DNA of 64,000 bases from Candidatus Calescibacterium sp. (GTDB lineage: Bacteria; DRYD01): NCBI GenBank assembly GCA_025057615.1, contig JANXBF010000003.1:6828-70827 (forward strand), given 5' to 3'. Shown one piece after another: positions 18,206 to 28,161 of the stretch (position 1 is the first letter of the stretch; every line of letters begins with the position of its first letter). The notes beneath the pieces were generated by a model that ran no database searches, was not told the origin of the DNA, and saw nothing but the letters and a program-made list of their open reading frames with translations. Both the position numbers and the translations under genes were made by a program.

Positions 18206-19146
18206 TATATCTCAACACTCCTTATAAACAGAACATTTATCATCATTTTTATAAGAATAAAGAACAATGCCAATCCTGCAAATAAAGAAGATATGTCCTG
18301 ATTCTTCTTAACTTTTCCAACCTTCTCAGCTAAATTACTATAAATTTTTTCAAGAGAAGATGTAGAACTACCCCAGTAATACTCACCACCAGTAATTCTA
18401 GCAATCTCTCTAAGAGAAGCTTCATCTATCCTAACAGGATAAGGAATACCAGGTATGTAAGTACCAGCAGCAGTTCCCATACCAATACAGTAAATAGGAA
18501 TCTTTTTATCTCTTGCTTTTTGAGCAGCCTGAATAGGATCTATCCCATAATTGTTCTCACCATCAGTGAGCAAAACTATAACTTTATGTGGCATATTAGA
18601 ACCCTCCAGAACAGCCAAAGTGGTCATTATAGCATCACCTATCGCAGTTCCACCATAATTGGCATCAACCTTAGCTAATGCCAATAATAAATCCTCCTTA
18701 GAAGAAGTTAAACTCTGATTAACAAAAACATTATTATTAAAAGTAACCAAGCAAGCCTCAAAATTACCCCTTAACTTGTTTATAAAAACCTTAGCCACAT
18801 CCTTTGCTACAACTATCCTAGAAGGAAAAAAATCAGTAGCCATCATACTACCAGATATATCAACAATAATACCCACAGCATAACCACTGACTGGCAAACT
18901 AACAGGATATTGAGGTCTACCCAGAGCCAAAAATAAAACCAAAATAATTAAAAAATCCAAAAAATAAAGTGCTAACCTACTCCACCCCAACTTGCCAACA
19001 TTGATAAGATCAATCATCTTTGCCTCAGCAAAAATAAAAACACTCCTCTTCCTTGAAAAATAATGAATAAGGAATAAGGTCAAAATTATAGGAAAAATTA
19101 AAAATCCAATAACAAAAATCTGTGGAAAAGCAAAGCTTATCTCCAT
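18205..19146 (-). CDS. VWA-domain membrane protein (BatA-like)
   Basis: An N-terminal TM region is followed by a VWA MIDAS motif (DISGSM ... TDGENN) and a C-terminal TM helix. Confidence 0.75.
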   Translation of the reverse strand: MEISFAFPQIFVIGFLIFPIILTLFLIHYFSRKRSVFIFAEAKMIDLINVGKLGWSRLALYFLDFLIILVLFLALGRPQYPVSLPVSGYAVGIIVDISGSMMATDFFPSRIVVAKDVAKVFINKLRGNFEACLVTFNNNVFVNQSLTSSKEDLLLALAKVDANYGGTAIGDAIMTTLAVLEGSNMPHKVIVLLTDGENNYGIDPIQAAQKARDKKIPIYCIGMGTAAGTYIPGIPYPVRIDEASLREIARITGGEYYWGSSTSSLEKIYSNLAEKVGKVKKNQDISSLFAGLALFFILIKMMINVLFIRSVEI

Positions 19147-21072
19147 TTAGATCCTTTCCTTTAAGTTTTTTATATTGATAAATTCAGAAAACTCATCACT
19201 AATCTCTTCATCAACTTTAATAAGTCCATTTTCATATGCTCTAATAAAAGCATCAACAACAGTAGGATCAAACTGTGTTCCCCTGTTCCTTTTTATCTCT
19301 TCAACAGCTTCCTCTATAGGCATAGCTCTCCTATAAATTCTGTCACTGGTCATTGCATCAAAAGCATCGGCCAAAGCAACAATCCTGGCATAAAGATGTA
19401 TCTCTTCTCCCTTCAAGCCTCTTGGATATCCCTTACCGTCCCATCTCTCCTGATGCTGCTTAACTATTTCAGCAACTTCCTGAAGAAACTTGACATTTTT
19501 CAATATCTCTTCACCGGCTTCAGGATGCCGCTTTATAACCTCATACTCTTCAGGAGTGAGCTTTGCAGGCTTATTCAGGATACTATCAGGTATCTCTATC
19601 TTACCTACATCATGAAAAAGCAAAGCCAGTTTTAAAACATCATCCCCTAGCAAAGAGTTATCTAACTCGGAAGCTATTGCTAAGCCATATTTTAGAACCC
19701 TTTCCATATGACCCTTGTTATACTTATCTCTTGCTTCAAAAGCTTTAGCCAAAGATTTTATAGTATTAATATAACTCTCCTCCAATTTTTGAGAATAAAT
19801 ATTTAGATTCTGATAAAGCTGAGCTTTTTCTATGGCGGTAGCAGCAACAGTTGCTAAATTATATAACATCTGCATATCGTTTTCAGAAAAAGGATAAAAA
19901 CTGTTTTTAGATACACTCAAAACTCCAATAACTTTGTCTTCACCAACCTTTAAAGGAACAACCATAGAACTTTTGTAATTCCTCTCAAAATCAAATTTAT
20001 TCTCAACTTTATCGATATCATTAATTATAAGAGGCTTTCCATTTTTAACCACAGAACCTGCTATACCCTGACCAATTTTCTGTCTAATATTCATGACATT
20101 CTCAGGCAAGCCTATAGAAGACTTTATATATAATTCATCGTTATCAACCAGCATAAGAGTAGAAACATCGGCTTTAAAAACATTTTTTGCCTTCCTAATA
20201 ATCAAATATATCAACTCATCAACACTTGTAGTTGCACCGAAAAGAACACTAACATTATGCAAAGCTCTTATCTCTTCAACATTTCTTTGTAACTTATAAT
20301 ACAAAATAAGTTTATCGTTTATATAATCAATTACTTTGATAATTCTGTTAACCATTTGAGGCCTGATTAAGTCAGAAAATACCCCACCCAATCTTAAATA
20401 CAACATAGCAAAAGAAGAAACCATTTCATTATTATAAATGGAAAAGAATAAAATATCCTCAGACCCACCTTTATTAATAACAAGCATCCTATTAACAGAG
20501 TGATTAACCTTATAGAGCATTATCTGCTTTCTAAACAACTCTTTTACATTCCTGGGACAGCTATTCGGAACAGTCTTTATTAACTCATTGAAAGGGTTAA
20601 GAGAAAGAAAATAAATATCATCCAATACCAAAAACTCTGACAATCTCTCAACAAATAAAAGAGGTATATCCAAAAACTTTATATCCTGCAAACTCAAATA
20701 TATTTTATCAAAAACAAAAGATAAAAATTTCTCAATAGAGTCGTATATACTGAAATTCTCTATACTAATAAGCTCATAAAATAAATCTATTTCTTTCTTT
20801 TTAACTACATCCTTAAGATTATCAAAATACTTGTAAACTTTTGTTAAATCCATTTTATGATTTAAAAATATAATAACATACAAAAATTTTAAGTTGCTTT
20901 TTATTATTTTTTTAATATCTCCAAAGTTCAAGTCATCTGTAAGAAAGATAATACCACTTTTCAATTTACAATCGTTAAGCTTTGAAACGCCACAACTATG
21001 AAATTTACCAATTAGACTCTTTATATTAGCATGGTTTCTCAAATATTTCAAACTATATAGTATTTGTATCAT
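19147..21072 (-). CDS. GAF-domain HD-GYP phosphodiesterase with ~270-aa uncharacterised N-terminal region
   Basis: Contains HDVGKIEIP ... HQERWDGKGYPRGL (HD-GYP) preceded by a GAF-like segment (ADVSTLMLVDNDELYIKSSIG...). No TM helices are seen. Confidence 0.85.
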   Translation of the reverse strand: MIQILYSLKYLRNHANIKSLIGKFHSCGVSKLNDCKLKSGIIFLTDDLNFGDIKKIIKSNLKFLYVIIFLNHKMDLTKVYKYFDNLKDVVKKKEIDLFYELISIENFSIYDSIEKFLSFVFDKIYLSLQDIKFLDIPLLFVERLSEFLVLDDIYFLSLNPFNELIKTVPNSCPRNVKELFRKQIMLYKVNHSVNRMLVINKGGSEDILFFSIYNNEMVSSFAMLYLRLGGVFSDLIRPQMVNRIIKVIDYINDKLILYYKLQRNVEEIRALHNVSVLFGATTSVDELIYLIIRKAKNVFKADVSTLMLVDNDELYIKSSIGLPENVMNIRQKIGQGIAGSVVKNGKPLIINDIDKVENKFDFERNYKSSMVVPLKVGEDKVIGVLSVSKNSFYPFSENDMQMLYNLATVAATAIEKAQLYQNLNIYSQKLEESYINTIKSLAKAFEARDKYNKGHMERVLKYGLAIASELDNSLLGDDVLKLALLFHDVGKIEIPDSILNKPAKLTPEEYEVIKRHPEAGEEILKNVKFLQEVAEIVKQHQERWDGKGYPRGLKGEEIHLYARIVALADAFDAMTSDRIYRRAMPIEEAVEEIKRNRGTQFDPTVVDAFIRAYENGLIKVDEEISDEFSEFINIKNLKERI

Positions 21073-21769
21073 AACTTTCCCTTTCTAATATAACACTAAT
21101 TTTTTCATTTTTAGTATCATCAACCAACATACCATTTTGAACATATACAACCCTTTTATTAAACTTATTTACTATATCTATATTATGAGTGGACATTATA
21201 ACAGTTGTACCCATTTTATTTATCTCATGAATGATTTCCATTATTTTTTGAGTAGATCTAAAATCAAGATTTCCAGTTGGCTCATCGGCTATAAATATGG
21301 ACGGATTATTGACAATTGCACGCGCTATGGCAACCTGTTGTTGCTCACCGCCGGACAACTCGTCGGGATAAAAATTCCTCTTGTCCGTTAAACCAACCAA
21401 TTTCAAAACACCAAAAACCCTCTTTATTATATCCTTCATAGGAACAAGAGTAACTTCCAAAGGATAGGATATATTATGCCACACTGTTTTGTAATTGAGG
21501 AGTTTAAAATCCTGAAAAACTATTCCCAATCTGCGCCGATAATATGGAACTTGATGATGACTCAACAAAGATAAATCCTGATTTTCAAAAAATATTTTAC
21601 CAACAGTGGGGGTGATCTCCCTATATATCAGTTTAAGGATCGTTGTCTTACCAGCTCCAACAGGACCAACCAAAAAAACAAACTCTCCCTTTTCTATAAA
21701 AAGGTTAATATTAGTTAAAGCCCTATAACCCTTAGGATATATATAAGAAACATTTTTGAACTCCAACAT
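21053..21769 (-). CDS. ftsE: Cell-division ABC ATPase FtsE-like
   Basis: Carries Walker A GPVGAGKTT, RRRLGIVFQDFKLL, the signature LSGGEQQQVAIARA and Walker B IFIADEPTGNLD. The spacing is FtsE-like. No FtsX-like permease follows. Confidence 0.75.
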   Translation of the reverse strand: MLEFKNVSYIYPKGYRALTNINLFIEKGEFVFLVGPVGAGKTTILKLIYREITPTVGKIFFENQDLSLLSHHQVPYYRRRLGIVFQDFKLLNYKTVWHNISYPLEVTLVPMKDIIKRVFGVLKLVGLTDKRNFYPDELSGGEQQQVAIARAIVNNPSIFIADEPTGNLDFRSTQKIMEIIHEINKMGTTVIMSTHNIDIVNKFNKRVVYVQNGMLVDDTKNEKISVILERESYDTNTI

Positions 21770-21821
21770 ACCTTCCTATTTATATTTTATAAAAATATAT
21801 AACAAATACCTACTTTATATA

Positions 21822-23030
21822 CTAAACCTTGAAAGCATCTATACTGGAATATATTATCGCAAGAGCTATTAATTTTAAATAGGAATACTCCATAGAAAAA
21901 ATCCTCTCATTTATATGACTAATCATAGCTTTTACTAACTGACTATCCAGAATAGCAAAAAGAGCCTGTTCTATAACAACCCTATCATTATCAATCAGAA
22001 ACTCCAAAAGGAGTAATTTTAGATTCTTATCTACTCTAGAATTGGATAGAAAATTTATCAGCTCCACTTTCAAAAGATTAGATAAATCATTCTCAAAAAG
22101 CTTTATAACAAGCTGATGATAATTAAAATTCAAATTTTTCAGAGCACTAATAGCAAGTTTTCTAACCTCATCTGATCGAACATAATATTTATAAACTAGA
22201 TCATCTTCTATTATTTTGTATATATTCGATTGATCCTCATTATTAATAGACTTAATTTCCCACAAATTATGAGCAACAATATTATAAAGGTTTTTTCTAT
22301 ATAAATCCATAGGCTTCTTATTCCTATGAACATCATTTATAGCTTTTAGTAAAATAGAATTTGCTAATATCACATACTTAGTTATACCCTTTTTATACAG
22401 AGAATTTATAGCACTTAGAACAATAATATCATCGTGTTCATTCATCACTATTTCTTCCAATTTCCTATTTATCTCATCAGATGATAATATGGAAAAAGCT
22501 TTGATTATCCTATTTTTTATGTTCCTATTTTTTTCAATATCGTACATTTCTAATAACTTGGAAACATTTTTGTAATAATTTATCCATGATAAAGCAATAA
22601 TTGCGTTCTCTCTGACATCATCAACATCATCATCCAAAGCTTTAAATATCAACCCATAATTTTCTGGCCTGTCAATACTACCCAAAGCCAAAATAGAAGA
22701 AGACTTAACCATCTTGTTATCACTGTAGTAAAGCTCAACAACTTTATCCAAGCTCTGTTCATCTTTGAATTGAGCAATAGCTAAAAGTGAAAGAGATCTA
22801 ATTATGGGATCTTCATCGTTGAGTAAAGCTCTAACATAACCAATCAAATTCTTCAGCCTCAACCTGCGAATAATCTTACAAGAAACCCGTTTGAGATCCT
22901 TATTATCAGAAAGCATCGCTCTTGCAAGCAACTCTTCAAAATCAGACTTGCTAAAGCTACCACTTACACTGTACCGATTTATGAAATTATCTATCAAAAC
23001 TTCCAATTTAGAAGACTTTATATTCTCCAT
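21822..23030 (-). CDS. HEAT/PBS-lyase-like repeat protein
   Basis: Helical units of ~30 aa recur, with DPIIRSLSLLAIAQ, DVRENAIIALS and similar segments. No catalytic motif is present. Confidence 0.5.
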   Translation of the reverse strand: MENIKSSKLEVLIDNFINRYSVSGSFSKSDFEELLARAMLSDNKDLKRVSCKIIRRLRLKNLIGYVRALLNDEDPIIRSLSLLAIAQFKDEQSLDKVVELYYSDNKMVKSSSILALGSIDRPENYGLIFKALDDDVDDVRENAIIALSWINYYKNVSKLLEMYDIEKNRNIKNRIIKAFSILSSDEINRKLEEIVMNEHDDIIVLSAINSLYKKGITKYVILANSILLKAINDVHRNKKPMDLYRKNLYNIVAHNLWEIKSINNEDQSNIYKIIEDDLVYKYYVRSDEVRKLAISALKNLNFNYHQLVIKLFENDLSNLLKVELINFLSNSRVDKNLKLLLLEFLIDNDRVVIEQALFAILDSQLVKAMISHINERIFSMEYSYLKLIALAIIYSSIDAFKV

Positions 23031-23066
23031 TCAATTTATTATTCTATTAAAATCCCCACATCCCTG

Positions 23067-23750
23067 TTAATGCAAAGTCTTTTCTTTTATAAAATTTCTT
23101 ATCTTATCTAAAGCTGACCTGTGAATCTGATTAACACGTTGCTTAGATAAACCCATTTCGCTTGAAATAACAGCAAGTTTTTTATTTTCAAAATATATTT
23201 TTCTCAATACGTTTTGTTCATTAACGTTAAGAACGTTATCTATAGCCTGTAAAATCAAAAGGAAAACTTCATTCAACTCAATATTTTCCTCTAATACATT
23301 ATCACTATCCTTAAGGACATTACTCAGTGACAAACCCTTATCATAGGACTGACTAATAGAAGACATATTCCTATAAGACAAACTAATTATCAATCCCAAA
23401 ACTTCATTTCCCTTACTTTCAGAAATTTTTTTGAATATCTTCAATTGATCCCTAATAGAAACATTCATATACTTTGAAAATTCCTGCTTTATATACCAAT
23501 TCATCACTTTGCTCAAAAACTTGATAAACGGAACATTTTTGGTGTAATCAAAAGCCTCTATGGCTTTTAGAAGAGAAAAAGAAGCAATCCCAAAAACCTC
23601 ATCCCTATCCAAATTTATAAAATCACAATACTTTCTGTAAATCCTCAAACCTATGGAATAAGAATAGTTAATATATTTTTCTATCAGAGCATCGCGGGCC
23701 TCTAGATTATAGTTTTCCTTGTAATCTATCCAAAGCTCTAAATCATCCAT
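23067..23750 (-). CDS. Group-3 sigma-70 family sigma factor (FliA/WhiG sigma-28-like)
   Basis: Region 2 (ARDALIEKYINYSYSIGLRIYRK...VFGIASFSLLKAIEAFD) and the region 4.2 HTH (LSKQRVNQIHRSALDKIR) are present. The 227-aa length fits FliA-type sigmas. Confidence 0.65.
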   Translation of the reverse strand: MDDLELWIDYKENYNLEARDALIEKYINYSYSIGLRIYRKYCDFINLDRDEVFGIASFSLLKAIEAFDYTKNVPFIKFLSKVMNWYIKQEFSKYMNVSIRDQLKIFKKISESKGNEVLGLIISLSYRNMSSISQSYDKGLSLSNVLKDSDNVLEENIELNEVFLLILQAIDNVLNVNEQNVLRKIYFENKKLAVISSEMGLSKQRVNQIHRSALDKIRNFIKEKTLH

Positions 23751-24833
23751 TCACAACACCATTCTCATCAATTCATCAAACTTGGAATCAGAATAAATAC
23801 TTTTTCGCAACTTATCATCGCCCCAAAGTATATCTATAGGCATTTTTTCATACTCATACTCATACGGAGGATCAATAAATTTAAAATCATCAGGATACAA
23901 ATCAACTATACTTTTTAAAACTATTAAAAAAGTCTTTAAACTTTTGAACCTCTTTTTTTCAACTATAATCATTTTTAAACCATTACATATTTCTTCTTTA
24001 TATTTATCAAAAGTTGGTTTGAAACGGTGGTAAATAAACTCCACCCCATCAACAAAATATTTCCTTTTATAATACTCCACTCTTTTTTTTAGTTTTTCCT
24101 CATTTATAAATGGTGCTCCAAAAACTTCAAAAGGGTATGTCGTACCTCTACCTTCACTTATGTTTGTAGCTTCAAACAATGCAAAACCTGGATAAAAATA
24201 TACAGTTTCCATAGAGGGAATATTAGGCGAAGTTGGTATCCATCTTAATCCAAGCCCGTTCCAGTCCTCAAACCTATCAAATTCACCATCAACAATACGA
24301 ACATTTCCACAACCATCCAATATATCACCTATGGTCATACCATGTCTGTTGTAAATACTTTTCATACCAACAAAAGAGAAAAATTCGTTTTTCAGTATCA
24401 CTCCCTCTTTCATACTACCCAAAGGATTCGGCCTATCAAAAACAACGACATCTATACCCGTTTGACAAATAAGCATTGCAGTCCAAACATAAGTATAATA
24501 CCTTGCACCAATATCTTGAATGTCAACAAAAACAACATCCAAATCTTCCAACCTCTCCCTACCAAAAAAACAGCTTCCATCATATAAACTAATACACTCA
24601 ATATTAAAAATTTCATCATAATAATTCTTAAAAGATATCATATTGGCTTGAGTTATAGGGAATAGACCATGTTGAGGAGCCAGCACCTTTACAACATTGT
24701 ATCCTAACGATCTGAGATAATCAAGAGTGAAAACAAACCCAGGTTGAACAAAACTGGCCTGATTTATTAATAAACCAACTCTGCTATTCCTATACTTAGA
24801 AAAAAGTTTAGGAGCTTTTAATATACCAAACAT
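23751..24833 (-). CDS. DUF1343 family protein (NamZ-like exo-beta-N-acetylmuramidase family)
   Basis: The conserved blocks LINQASF, APQHGLF, VFVDIQDIGARYYTYVWT, FDRPNPLG and NRHGMTIGD match DUF1343. Confidence 0.75.
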   Translation of the reverse strand: MFGILKAPKLFSKYRNSRVGLLINQASFVQPGFVFTLDYLRSLGYNVVKVLAPQHGLFPITQANMISFKNYYDEIFNIECISLYDGSCFFGRERLEDLDVVFVDIQDIGARYYTYVWTAMLICQTGIDVVVFDRPNPLGSMKEGVILKNEFFSFVGMKSIYNRHGMTIGDILDGCGNVRIVDGEFDRFEDWNGLGLRWIPTSPNIPSMETVYFYPGFALFEATNISEGRGTTYPFEVFGAPFINEEKLKKRVEYYKRKYFVDGVEFIYHRFKPTFDKYKEEICNGLKMIIVEKKRFKSLKTFLIVLKSIVDLYPDDFKFIDPPYEYEYEKMPIDILWGDDKLRKSIYSDSKFDELMRMVL

Positions 24834-24835
24834 TT

Positions 24836-26224
24836 CTACTTTTTTAATTTAAGTAACTCAATCCAATTTCCTGCTACAGCCCAAAAAATATAATACAATA
24901 CTATCCAAATCTCAGCAGGATAAAACTCTACATAAAAAGGCTTAACAGAAATTACAAAATTAACAACTAACAAAAAATAATCAAAAAAAATCTTTAATAT
25001 AAAACCCAAAGGAATAAACAGAATATACAAAAAAGTACAAAAAAATATAAAAGGAACAAAAAAGGCAATCACTAAATTGCTGAAAATACCATTTAAATAA
25101 AAAATGCCGAAATGTTTCAAGAATATGGGAAAAATAAAAACCATAACTGAAAAATTAACAGCGACATTATCAACTAAAAAAGCCGGAAACTTATTAAGAA
25201 AATCCTTAACAATACCACCAATAAACAATACTCCCAAAAAGGAAAGAAAACTGAGCTTGAAACTCAATCCAATAGTAGAGTAAAAATCAATAACCAAAAA
25301 AAATAACCAAATAAAACAAACAGAAACGACACTGTAAAACAACCTATTCTTCAAATCATAAATTATAAAAAAGTTAGCAAAAACAGCAAAAATAAAAGCC
25401 CTCAAAAGCGGAGTATCAAAACCCACAACCAAACAATATAAAAAAGTCAAAAGTAAAGAACATATAAATGAAAACAACTTTGGATTCAAAAATCCCAAAA
25501 CTCTCAACAAAAAATAAAAAAAATAAAAAAAGAAATTCATACATAACAAGATATTTGATCCCGAAGCCACAAAAAAATGATATACACCGGCTTCTATAAG
25601 TTGTTTTCTTTCGTAAAAACTGTAATCCTCAAAACCAAAAACCACACCCTTCACAAACTTTGAAGAATCACCTAAATTATCCATAATACCCATTATATAT
25701 AACCTGATACTCTGAAGAAAACCAGCATTATCAACTTCAACAATATCCATAGAATAAACTCTATAAATTATACGATTTGAAAGAAAAAAAGAATTCTTAT
25801 CAACATCATTTATTTTAGCCATTTTTACAAAAGCAATAACTTTTGAACCCTCAATAACATCAAAGTTATCAACATTATCAACATGAGATCTACTTACTAC
25901 AACTCTAAGAGTATCCTTTTGTTCTAATAACACATAGTTAGCTCTTATCTTCAAAACTTTAAATTCAAAAATACCCTCAATAAAATTACTCTGCTCATCC
26001 AAATAATCTAAAAATTTCTGATTTTTTAAATTAACATATTTAGATATAAAAAAAGAAACAAATAAAAACAAAAGAGATAAAATAAAATTCTTCAAAAAAT
26101 CTCCCCAATACCTATATTTGTATTTTATCAGAAAAATAAAGAGAAATATAAAACACAGATAATATAAATCTGGAAAATAACATAAAAAAATACAACAAAA
26201 AGCAAAAAAAAGAAAATGGTTCAT
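24836..26224 (-). CDS. comEC: ComEC/Rec2-like DNA internalisation channel (no C-terminal beta-lactamase domain)
   Basis: A polytopic membrane protein with an N-terminal OB-like soluble insert and the competence-domain motif AGVYHFFVASGSNILL. Confidence 0.7.
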   Translation of the reverse strand: MNHFLFFAFCCIFLCYFPDLYYLCFIFLFIFLIKYKYRYWGDFLKNFILSLLFLFVSFFISKYVNLKNQKFLDYLDEQSNFIEGIFEFKVLKIRANYVLLEQKDTLRVVVSRSHVDNVDNFDVIEGSKVIAFVKMAKINDVDKNSFFLSNRIIYRVYSMDIVEVDNAGFLQSIRLYIMGIMDNLGDSSKFVKGVVFGFEDYSFYERKQLIEAGVYHFFVASGSNILLCMNFFFYFFYFLLRVLGFLNPKLFSFICSLLLTFLYCLVVGFDTPLLRAFIFAVFANFFIIYDLKNRLFYSVVSVCFIWLFFLVIDFYSTIGLSFKLSFLSFLGVLFIGGIVKDFLNKFPAFLVDNVAVNFSVMVFIFPIFLKHFGIFYLNGIFSNLVIAFFVPFIFFCTFLYILFIPLGFILKIFFDYFLLVVNFVISVKPFYVEFYPAEIWIVLYYIFWAVAGNWIELLKLKK

Positions 26225-26553
26225 AAGGTTATATTTTCAATATGATTAATTGAGAATTTATCAAGTTCCTTAGAAACAAAAATTGCATCAATCCTTATGG
26301 ATCTGAATTTCAATTCATGTTTCTGTAAAAAAATGTCCAGAGTTTTAGTTATGCTCTCTATTTTATGATAATTTATCCTTTCAGAAGGAAAACTTCCTCC
26401 TTTAACTTCCACAATAACAAGACAATCGTCTTTATAGGCAATGATATCTATTTCTCCGAAACGTGAAATAAAATTGGTAGCAATTATTTTATATTTTTTG
26501 CTTTTAAGGTAATCCAGAGCCAGTTTTTCATAAAATTGACCTTTTTTGTTCAC
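26221..26553 (-). CDS. YraN-family (UPF0102) endonuclease-like protein
   Basis: 110 aa. The pattern GEIDIIA ... VIVEVK is the PD-(D/E)xK-like YraN signature. Confidence 0.75.
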   Translation of the reverse strand: MNKKGQFYEKLALDYLKSKKYKIIATNFISRFGEIDIIAYKDDCLVIVEVKGGSFPSERINYHKIESITKTLDIFLQKHELKFRSIRIDAIFVSKELDKFSINHIENITL

Positions 26554-26569
26554 TCAAGAGGAAGGAGAG

Positions 26570-26641
26570 AGCGGTAGACGGGACTCGAACCCGCGACCCC
26601 TACCTTGGCAAGGTAGTGCTCTACCACTGAGCTACTACCGC
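26570..26641 (-). tRNA. tRNA-Gly (anticodon GCC)
   Basis: The reverse complement reads GCGGTAGTAGCTCAGTGGTAGAGCACTACCTTGCCAAGGTAGGGGTCGCGGGTTCGAGTCCCGTCTACCGCT. It has a 7-bp acceptor stem, a GCTC/GAGC D-stem, a CTACC/GGTAG anticodon stem with loop TTGCCAA, and a T-arm with TTCGAGT. CCA is not encoded. Confidence 0.9.
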
Positions 26642-26821
26642 ATGCTTCTCTATATTTCTTCTTTAATCTCCCAAAAAATCCTTTCAATTTATCGATATAA
26701 AAATTTAAAAATCACCAAGACTTTCTTTTAAAATCAAGGAAAGGTTTTATCTTAAATCGAACTAATATTATGGGTATCAAAAAAACTATTCAAATTTAAA
26801 ATAAGGAAGTAAAATGATAGG

Positions 26822-27193
26822 GAGCTAAATAAGAATCTCTTTTCAAATGAAAAAAATAATCCGTATAATATTACCATTGGCACATTAACCGGCTCAATAA
26901 AAGGAATATTATGGAATAAAGATCTATTTCAAGAAGGTAAAATAGCAACTATAGGAGAAACATTAGATGGACAATCAACAAAAATCTACATATGGGAAAA
27001 AGAAGAAATGCCAGAAGCTTATCAAAAATTACAAGAAGTAGTTAATAAATATCAAAAAATAAGCCCAGAAGAATATAAATCCATGGTAACAAAGCATAAA
27101 ATTATAACAAGTCTTACCGGAGCCGTAATTGGAGGAATAATAGGAGGTATATTAACTTCTGTGGTAAACAAACTATTAAGCGAAACAAAATAG
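26822..27193 (+). pseudogene. Possible decayed gene whose 3' part (27008..27193, 61 aa) may still encode a tail-anchored glycine-zipper peptide
   Basis: The reading frame of the 61-aa ORF stays open back to 26822 without any ATG, GTG or TTG. ATGs at 26815 and 26847 lie in the other two frames and terminate after 4 and 13 codons. The C-terminus LTGAVIGGIIGGILTSVV is a glycine-zipper TM helix. Confidence 0.3.
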
Positions 27194-27201
27194 TATTCAA
27201 C

Positions 27202-28161
27202 TTAGTCTTTTGAAATATAAAACAAAAGTTCAGAAACATTAAGAAGAGACCTATCCAAATTGCCAACCAGAGGATTGAACTCTACAATATCAAAACCAAT
27301 AACATGATAATTATTCTTTACATACTCAATAATAGTGTATATCTCCTTTAAACTAAACCCAAATGAATTTGGAGAATTAACAGAATCAACATAATTAACA
27401 TCTATAGAATCCAAATCAATGCTAATATAAACAGGTAAATTTTTATCTAGTTCAATTCTTAAAAACTCAATAGCCTTTCCTATATCTAAAAGTATATCAA
27501 TATTGTTCAAATATTTAACGTTATACTTTTGAGCTTGTAGGTAAAGATAGTAAGGATTAGCCAAATCCTTTATACCAAGTATAATAACATTTAGTTTGTC
27601 TTTATACTTTTCCTTTAGTTCACGCAAATAGGTTCCACCTGACAATCCTTGACTTACCTCCCTTAAATCGAAATGACTATCAAAAACCAAAAGATTAACC
27701 TTTCCAAACTTGCACAGGTACTGTTCAATTATTGGAAATGAAATACTATGGTCACCACCTATGTAAAAAGGTAAGTTTTTATTTTCAAATGATAGAATTC
27801 TAGATATCGCCATGGAAATATTTCTGAAAGTTTTCTTCTTGTCACCTATAACGGTTCTTACGTATGGCATAATAACCACCAAATTTCTATAGTGATGATT
27901 AAAGCTAAGAGATAAGAATTTATCGATAATTCTTTGAGGTGAGAATCTGGCACCCGGTCTACCCGCCGTGCTCCCATCCCAAGGAATAGGGACCAAAACA
28001 TTTAAACCTGTAGGTTCAGAACCAACAATATCTCTATATTTTTCAGACAATCCCTCCAATGATAACAAATCATAGTTTTCTTTTCTCAAAACTATATCTT
28101 TCAGTTTAAAATTAAGGGGGTCTCTTAGAAATACAGGCTCACTTTCAAAATAATCTATCAT
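27202..28161 (-). CDS. Arginase/agmatinase/formiminoglutamase-family ureohydrolase
   Basis: The Mn-binding motifs GGDHSISFP, DSHFDLR and SIDLDSID are present. Substrate is not assignable. Confidence 0.8.
   Translation of the reverse strand: MIDYFESEPVFLRDPLNFKLKDIVLRKENYDLLSLEGLSEKYRDIVGSEPTGLNVLVPIPWDGSTAGRPGARFSPQRIIDKFLSLSFNHHYRNLVVIMPYVRTVIGDKKKTFRNISMAISRILSFENKNLPFYIGGDHSISFPIIEQYLCKFGKVNLLVFDSHFDLREVSQGLSGGTYLRELKEKYKDKLNVIILGIKDLANPYYLYLQAQKYNVKYLNNIDILLDIGKAIEFLRIELDKNLPVYISIDLDSIDVNYVDSVNSPNSFGFSLKEIYTIIEYVKNNYHVIGFDIVEFNPLVGNLDRSLLNVSELLFYISKD

Noticed and set aside
26546-26731. A 61-aa + strand ORF spanning the tRNA-Gly locus
   Set aside because: This is the antisense translation of the tRNA gene and its promoter region (for example RRDSNPRPLPWQGSALPLSYY, a typical tRNA-derived artefact), not a protein gene.
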